A DNA stretch of 57,768 bases, the filler included, from Streblomastix strix (lineage: Eukaryota): assembly GCA_008636045.1 (NCBI GenBank). It is 3 parts of 3 records of this genome, joined end to end, with 100 filler letters (N's around TTAATTAATTAA, not from the genome) between each part and the next. Parts side by side here need not be neighbours in the genome. Positions count along the whole stretch, not along the records: positions 38,581 to 57,768 come from SNRW01000537.1; 2 more parts are not named here. One strand, given 5' to 3'. Both the position numbers and the translations under genes were made by a program. This document shows, piece by piece, positions 51,761-57,768 of the stretch. The notes under the pieces were generated by a model. The model was given only the letters and a program-made list of their open reading frames with translations. It was not told the DNA's origin and searched no databases. Each line of letters begins with the position of its first letter. Within the stretch, counting starts at the first letter, position 1.

Positions 51761-53533
51761 ATGTCAAAGAATTTAATAAAACCGGAACCGTCAGAGCCAG
51801 GACTGTTCGTGAATTTCGACACACCAAAGTTTACTATAAAGACACTCGTCGCGACCGCAGTAGAGCAACCGGTGATGGGAGACGAGATTGGAAAGTTTCT
51901 TTAGGCGGAGCTGCAGCCGACGCTATGGGACATCGAGCGACAACTAACCCCGAGACTGGCGGTCAGTGAGAGGACGCAAACGCAAATGGCGAAGGTCTTG
52001 GAGGCGATGACTGGGGTGCAAGCGAGTGAGATCGATTTCTGGGCAACGAACATCCTAGATGAACAGAATGGCGCGGCTCGGAGAAGGGAGATACAGTGTC
52101 CATCGCTACTATCTGTTACATCAGTACCAGTACCAGATGAAGTGCTAGACGCGAAACGCAGTCCGATTGACAAGATTTTACAGAGCGAGCAAGCATTGGC
52201 GCTTTACAACTTTAGAACAGGCGAAGGAATGCTGGCACATTTGTGTGAACAACAGGTAGACAATTTAGAAATTGACATACTCAGCTAGATGATGCATAAT
52301 TTAAGAGAAGCCGAGAGAACGCATTTTGCGAAAGCGTGGAACGAAAATGGGACCAACGCGAACTATTTTAACCTAGCAGCGAATTCAATTAACTTGCACT
52401 TGAATAGTGAAGCAGGATCGCACATGCAGGGAGCACAGGTCATTGCCAGAAGCGACACAGCGAACAAGGACGTGATAGGAGTTACAAATCTATTATTTGG
52501 AATCTAATATCTGGGAAGAGCAAGGGTCAAGACCAAGAGGTTCCGTCAATTAGCGCCATCATCGATTTGGAAACAAGTGATGAGACCAATGCTGAACTAG
52601 AATGAGAACTAGGCCTTGGCACAAGACCAGGAGATCAAAATTAGGAGATTACAAGATGATATGCCTCCTCCGGGCTTAGGACCGCGAGGCTAGCCTCTGC
52701 CAGGTCATGGACTGTATGCATATAGAAATACAGCAATATCACAGTCAACAATTTTTCCTCCTACATTGAACGCAGAACAGGAAATCTCAGGAATCCTAAA
52801 CATATTGACAAAGGAATCCATTAAAGACCACATGCACAAATGGATGCTAAAAGGATTAGATTTACTACCAGTAGGCAAAGATGATAAAGGAAATCATTGG
52901 CCGGGATTTGGACCAAATGTACCACACGCGACAGACTGGAGGAAAGCAAAACAATAAGGTTAAACACCTTCTATGGATGATGTTAAAACGTTCAGGAGAG
53001 AACACAACTTTGATTTGAGAGTAGCATGTGTGAGAAAAGACTATGATTCAGAAAACGACTCAGAAACATTACAACCAACAAAAACTACAATATAAGAATT
53101 CAGAAATAGATTAGGAAGATATAGAAATAGATCCTTATTACAGCATAACAAGAGATCGAGATATGACTCTCCTGTCATGGGCAGCGAATCGAGAGAAAGA
53201 ACAGGATCAAGAAGTTATTCAAGGTCTAGAGAATACTAGAGTTCAAGAGAAACTGCAGACAAAAGTTATAATGGATTTGAGACCAGGAATGATTCAAGAG
53301 GCAGAGGCCGATGAACGTATAGAGGAAAAGGGTATATTTATTAAGGAAAGGGAACGAATTATTAAGATAGAGATCAATTTAACTAGGAATGGTACAGAGA
53401 AGCATAGAAATATATTCTATACACAAAATAGGATTTTAACAAGTCAAAGAATCCTATAAACTGGAATAGGACGTACTAATATGATGATAAGAATAGAGGA
53501 GAATGTTGGGTTGACAACCCAAATGATGATTGA
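51761..53533 (+). pseudogene. DIRS C ORF1 (gag-like), internal TGA near 53312
   Basis: Track ORFs 51986, 52289 and 52766 join in one frame through TAA/TAG=Gln. RS/RG-rich C-terminus. Confidence 0.6.
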
Positions 53534-54920
53534 ACAAAACGCACACAGATGCAGAAAGACCCACCAGACAACCATAGTGATAGATATTCAACCTGGACAG
53601 AAGATGAAGCCCCGTAACACCATATAGCAACATCACAACCTAAATATCCGGCCCAACAAACACAAAGAGTACAGTAGATACAAGTACAACCAAAATAACA
53701 AGCTCCAGCTCAAATACCAAAAATGAAGTAGAGAAAAGATTAACCACCGAACTAAGATGACATTGACGAATTAGAAATAATTCAGGAAAGACTTGCCGCA
53801 CTATAGAAAGAGAAGGAAGAATTGAGCATACCCGATTCAGACAGTGACTGGTAACAATTAATTGGAGCGATAGATAACAATAATAACCTAACACCCAGTT
53901 CAGCTCAGAAACAATTACAAGAAATGATTCAATAAGCAATCTCCAACGAAAAATAGCAATAATAAACAGCTGGTCTTAAATCCTAATAAAGGATAATCTC
54001 GCCACTACCGAGAATGATTAACTCAGAAATGAACAAGGATAATCCAGTTATCTAATCATAACTATCAGTTACTCTAACATAAAAACCTCAGCATAGATCT
54101 GGAACTAGACAAAGATTAAAGAAAGCTGAGAGAGAGAATTATAACTACTGTAAGCGAAATAATAGCTTCAGCAATAAAAAAACAATGATCTCAACAATAT
54201 AAATGTTGAAATACCTGATATTCAGGGAACTGTTGGACAACTAACTGGTTTATAACCGAGTCCAAGTGCCGAGAGCCCAGGCTTAAATGCAGGGCTAAAG
54301 CCAACGGAAGCGGGATCAATATCAGCCAGTAATAGGGAAAGAACAGAACCTTAAATAAATGAAGGTCATGATGATAATGCTGATGAGGAAGAAGATGAAT
54401 AAACCGATGAAGCAGCATTAAATTAAAATAAAGACTATAAAGTTAATATAATCTCATAACCTCCAGTTCAAGAGAACCTGGGTACTCAATCTTAAAACAT
54501 TCAAGGCTTGAATGCATTGAATTAAATGGAAAAAGATGATGCAAGCCCTGCTCCAGCTGGAGTACGGGAGAAGCCTAAGAAAGGAAAAGGAAGTAAAAAA
54601 GCAAAAGCGGAAGGCTTTAATGCCCCTGCTGAATAAAACCAGGGCAGCAATGCCCAAGAATAAACTCCCAAAACTTCTAAAACCAAAGCTGCAACCAAGA
54701 AAGGTAAGAAAGCAGCTGAAGAGGTAAAACCCGAACCAAAAAACGCTAAAGAAGAGGGTGAGGAACAGTAGGATCCCTGATCGGGCAGGGACACCCCAAC
54801 CAAGGGAGATCAGCGTTGAGATCTCCCTCTGGAATAGAGGAGAGGAGCGCGCTGATGAAGACGGCTCCTCAGGATAAGGAGGAAAGGATTGGAGAATTGA
54901 TATATAAAGAGAAAGCAGAT

Positions 54921-56850
54921 GGAATGGGGGGAAAGACTAAAAGATTCATATAAGCATTGAAACAAATAGGGAAAGAATAGTTCATAAACACTGGATTTTA
55001 TCTGAGATTTAATGATTAAAACAGTTAATAGAAATTAGAAGAAAAAAATGATAATCCCATTTTGGAGGAACATAAGAAGAGAAGAAAATTTACCAAGAAA
55101 TGTTGAAGAAAGAATTGAAAGATGGAATAGTAATACCTATTTAACAGGATCAAGTGAAATGGTGTAATCATCCATTCCTGATAAAGAAACCCAATATAGC
55201 ATGGAGAAGGATTCTGGATACGAGTAAGTTGAATAAGGAAATAGAGAAATTACACTTAAAGATGCATGGACTAGAGGAAGTACAATACCTAGCAAATTAA
55301 ATGGACTACGCAACATCTCTCGACCTCAAATCAGCATTTCAACATATTACAGAATCTCCAAACTCAATACTATGCCTAATATTTAATTTCAATAATAATA
55401 ATTACGCATACAAAGCAATGCCATTTGGGACTAAACATAGCCCAATCTTCTTCGCGGAAGCAATAGAATCAACCCTTAGACAATTAAGAATACATTCAGA
55501 AATTAAAATTCTGAACTACTGCGAAAACATAGTTCTAATTCACTAAGATAAATATATACATAAAACATAAACAATGGAAATAATGAAGACATTGGAATAG
55601 TTCAGATGGACAATTTCAACAGATTAATGCTAAACAGAGCCGAAATAGATAGTAACATTTTTGGGATCGATATTGAATTTGAAAGAAATGAATATAAGAA
55701 TGTCGGAAGAGAGAAAGTCAAAGATGATATAAGCATTAAAGGACTGGTGCAATGCACTATATAAGAATAAAAGCGTGAATATAAGAAAACTAGCAGAACT
55801 AATAGGTAAGCTGAACTTCCTTAGTCCCCAGATAAAAGAAGCGTCTCAGTATCTAATGGAATTAGACAAAGCGAAGACATAAGCGTTGAAGACAGGGTAA
55901 TGGGATGTGATAATGATAATAAACAGAGTAGTAATCAAGGAATTGAAATGGTGGATAAGGAGAATATGGGATAACCAACCAGAGTTATTGATTAATAAAA
56001 CAATAATATGCATGCAAACAATAGACGCATCACCATAGGGCTGGTGAGCAACACTAATAAACGAGAACCAGATAGAACTGATACAACACGACTGTTGGAA
56101 CAAGAAGGAAGTAGAAATGACAAGCAATGCTAAGGAAATAAAAGCTATTTACTACGGGTTACTCCGTTTCGAGCAAGTCTTTAAGAAGATGCAAGATCAG
56201 ACAGTCTTGATACGTTCAGACAGCACAACAGCAGTCTACGATATTGGGAAATGGAAAGCGAAGGAATCCCTGATAGAAAGAATAAAACAAGTATTTTATC
56301 TGGTAAAGAGACTTAAACTACAGATCACAACAATCCACATCCCAGGAAAATTGAACTCAACGATACATTCGCTCTCGAGACTATGCAGATCAGGAGATTA
56401 CTCACTGAAGGACGGAATGATTTAAATGATTTGCAAGACATGGAATTATATGCCGGAGATAGACATATTTGCGACACAATATAACAAACTAATCAACAAT
56501 TATGCAACAGTGGATTTTAACGACCTGGTGACACACTTCCATTACGCGTTCAATTGCAAATGGAGTAAAGTCAAATTATATATCCATCCACCAATACCAG
56601 TATTAAGCAGAGTACTATAGAAAATGAAGTTGGACAAAGCGCAGGGAATAATAATAGCACCGATTTGGCCGGGACAATCGTGGTACACCAAACTAAAGAA
56701 TTTATCCACTAAATTCCTTTTCTTTGGATAAGCAAATAAGATCCTGGAGATGGGACAGAGAATGAAAGATAAGGATCAAAAACTTCCACTAGACAATGTG
56801 GGCGCCTTCCTTCTGGACCTGTCGCAGACGTCGGAAGAGATTTGCTAATG
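54921..56850 (+). pseudogene. DIRS C RT-RNase H-methyltransferase, inactivated
   Basis: SLDLKSAF and MPFGTKHSP present, but YxDD reads YCEN. DASPQGW-TGA; HIPGKLN; IDIFAT; HPPIP; APIWPGQSWY. Frameshift near 55045. Confidence 0.88.
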
Positions 56851-57768
56851 AGATGTATGAAGATGAGAGGATTCTCTGAAGACGGAGTCAACTTACTATT
56901 TAAAAGATAATGATTTAGTACAGTAAAGAGAGACTTTTACTCCCTAGTGCTATTACAGGATTGGTTAGACATAGATAGAATAACAATTGAAGAAATGATG
57001 AAGAGAGATGCTGAAGTATTATTAACAGAAATAATTGCTTTCCACACAAGATAAAAACAACCCAGTCGCATCAGCTAAATCTCATTAAGCTTGCCTAACT
57101 ACAATGCTATCTCTAATATACAAAGAGAATTTAGCATCCTCAACAACTTCAAAACTAATTAACAAAGCACTAGCAAATGCAATAAAACCACATAGAAGAT
57201 ATTAAAACATTTGGAACATCCAAATACTATTTAACCATTGGAGATAATCAAAACAAAAACAAATTATTAAACAGCTATGATTTTCAGGTTAATATAGCTT
57301 CCTTACTGATGTCAGTATGCTTCTTCAGACCAAATGAAATAGCAGAAATAAGACTGAAGTTCTCTAATGTCAACAAAACAGATAATCAAACATCATTAAG
57401 ACTAGCATCAAAGCAAGCAAATACAATAGATACCTATGAAGAATATGAGATTGATAATGAAAAACTATGCCCGAAGCTGACAATGTACGAATGGATTGAT
57501 AGACTAAAGAAACAATTTCCAAAAGATACAGACTTTTTATTGTGGCATAAAGGTTTTAATAAACCAACAACTACAAAAGACATCAGTTTATAACTTATAA
57601 AGCTATTAAGAGAGTTAATGATAGTAGGAGCATCAGCATATTCAATACGACACTCAGCAACAACAGAACTTGCAAAGCTAGGTATCCCTGAAAGAGATCT
57701 CGCTACCTTTACACATCACTCCTAGAACTCACGCACTGTTCAACAGTATTATATCTTCGCATCCTCAA
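56840..57768 (+). pseudogene. DIRS C tyrosine recombinase, frameshifted, 3'-partial
   Basis: CFFRPNEI..LCP..AYSIRHSATT..FTHHS..TVQQYY. Confidence 0.85.

Larger units (their letters stand above)
51615..57768 (+). mobile_element. DIRS-type retrotransposon C, decayed, runs off the contig end
   Basis: GC-richer leader with TTTATTGAGA motif, then gag-like ORF, RT-RNase H-MTase and YR. Left boundary approximate. Confidence 0.88.

Overview
AT-rich eukaryotic DNA. TAA/TAG read as Gln and TGA is the only stop (translation table 6), so the supplied standard-code ORF track is mostly fragments or antisense shadows. The code, the short introns and the gene families suggest an oxymonad such as Streblomastix (inference). 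The window is three unrelated ~19.19 kb contigs joined by artificial N44-TTAATTAATTAA-N44 linkers at 19192-19291 and 38481-38580. Contig 1 holds three host genes: a multi-pass membrane protein ending in an altered hemerythrin domain, a La-motif/FKBP-like/TPR fusion, and a giant (>3,800 aa) FPL/CLEC16A-like protein. Contig 2 holds a NEK-like kinase, decayed gene fragments and a ~12.5 kb decayed endogenous Polinton/PLV-like virus. The virus carries a protein-primed PolB with an HNH-like insert, an A32 ATPase, a probable major capsid protein, two fibre genes and a small adenovirus protein VI-like peptide, all in the host code. A DIRS remnant follows it. Contig 3 holds three different DIRS tyrosine-recombinase retrotransposons inserted among ARM-like host genes. 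One is internally deleted, one has intact frames with ~2.6 kb of dual coding, and one is decayed and cut by the contig end. All translations were done by hand and no database searches were run.
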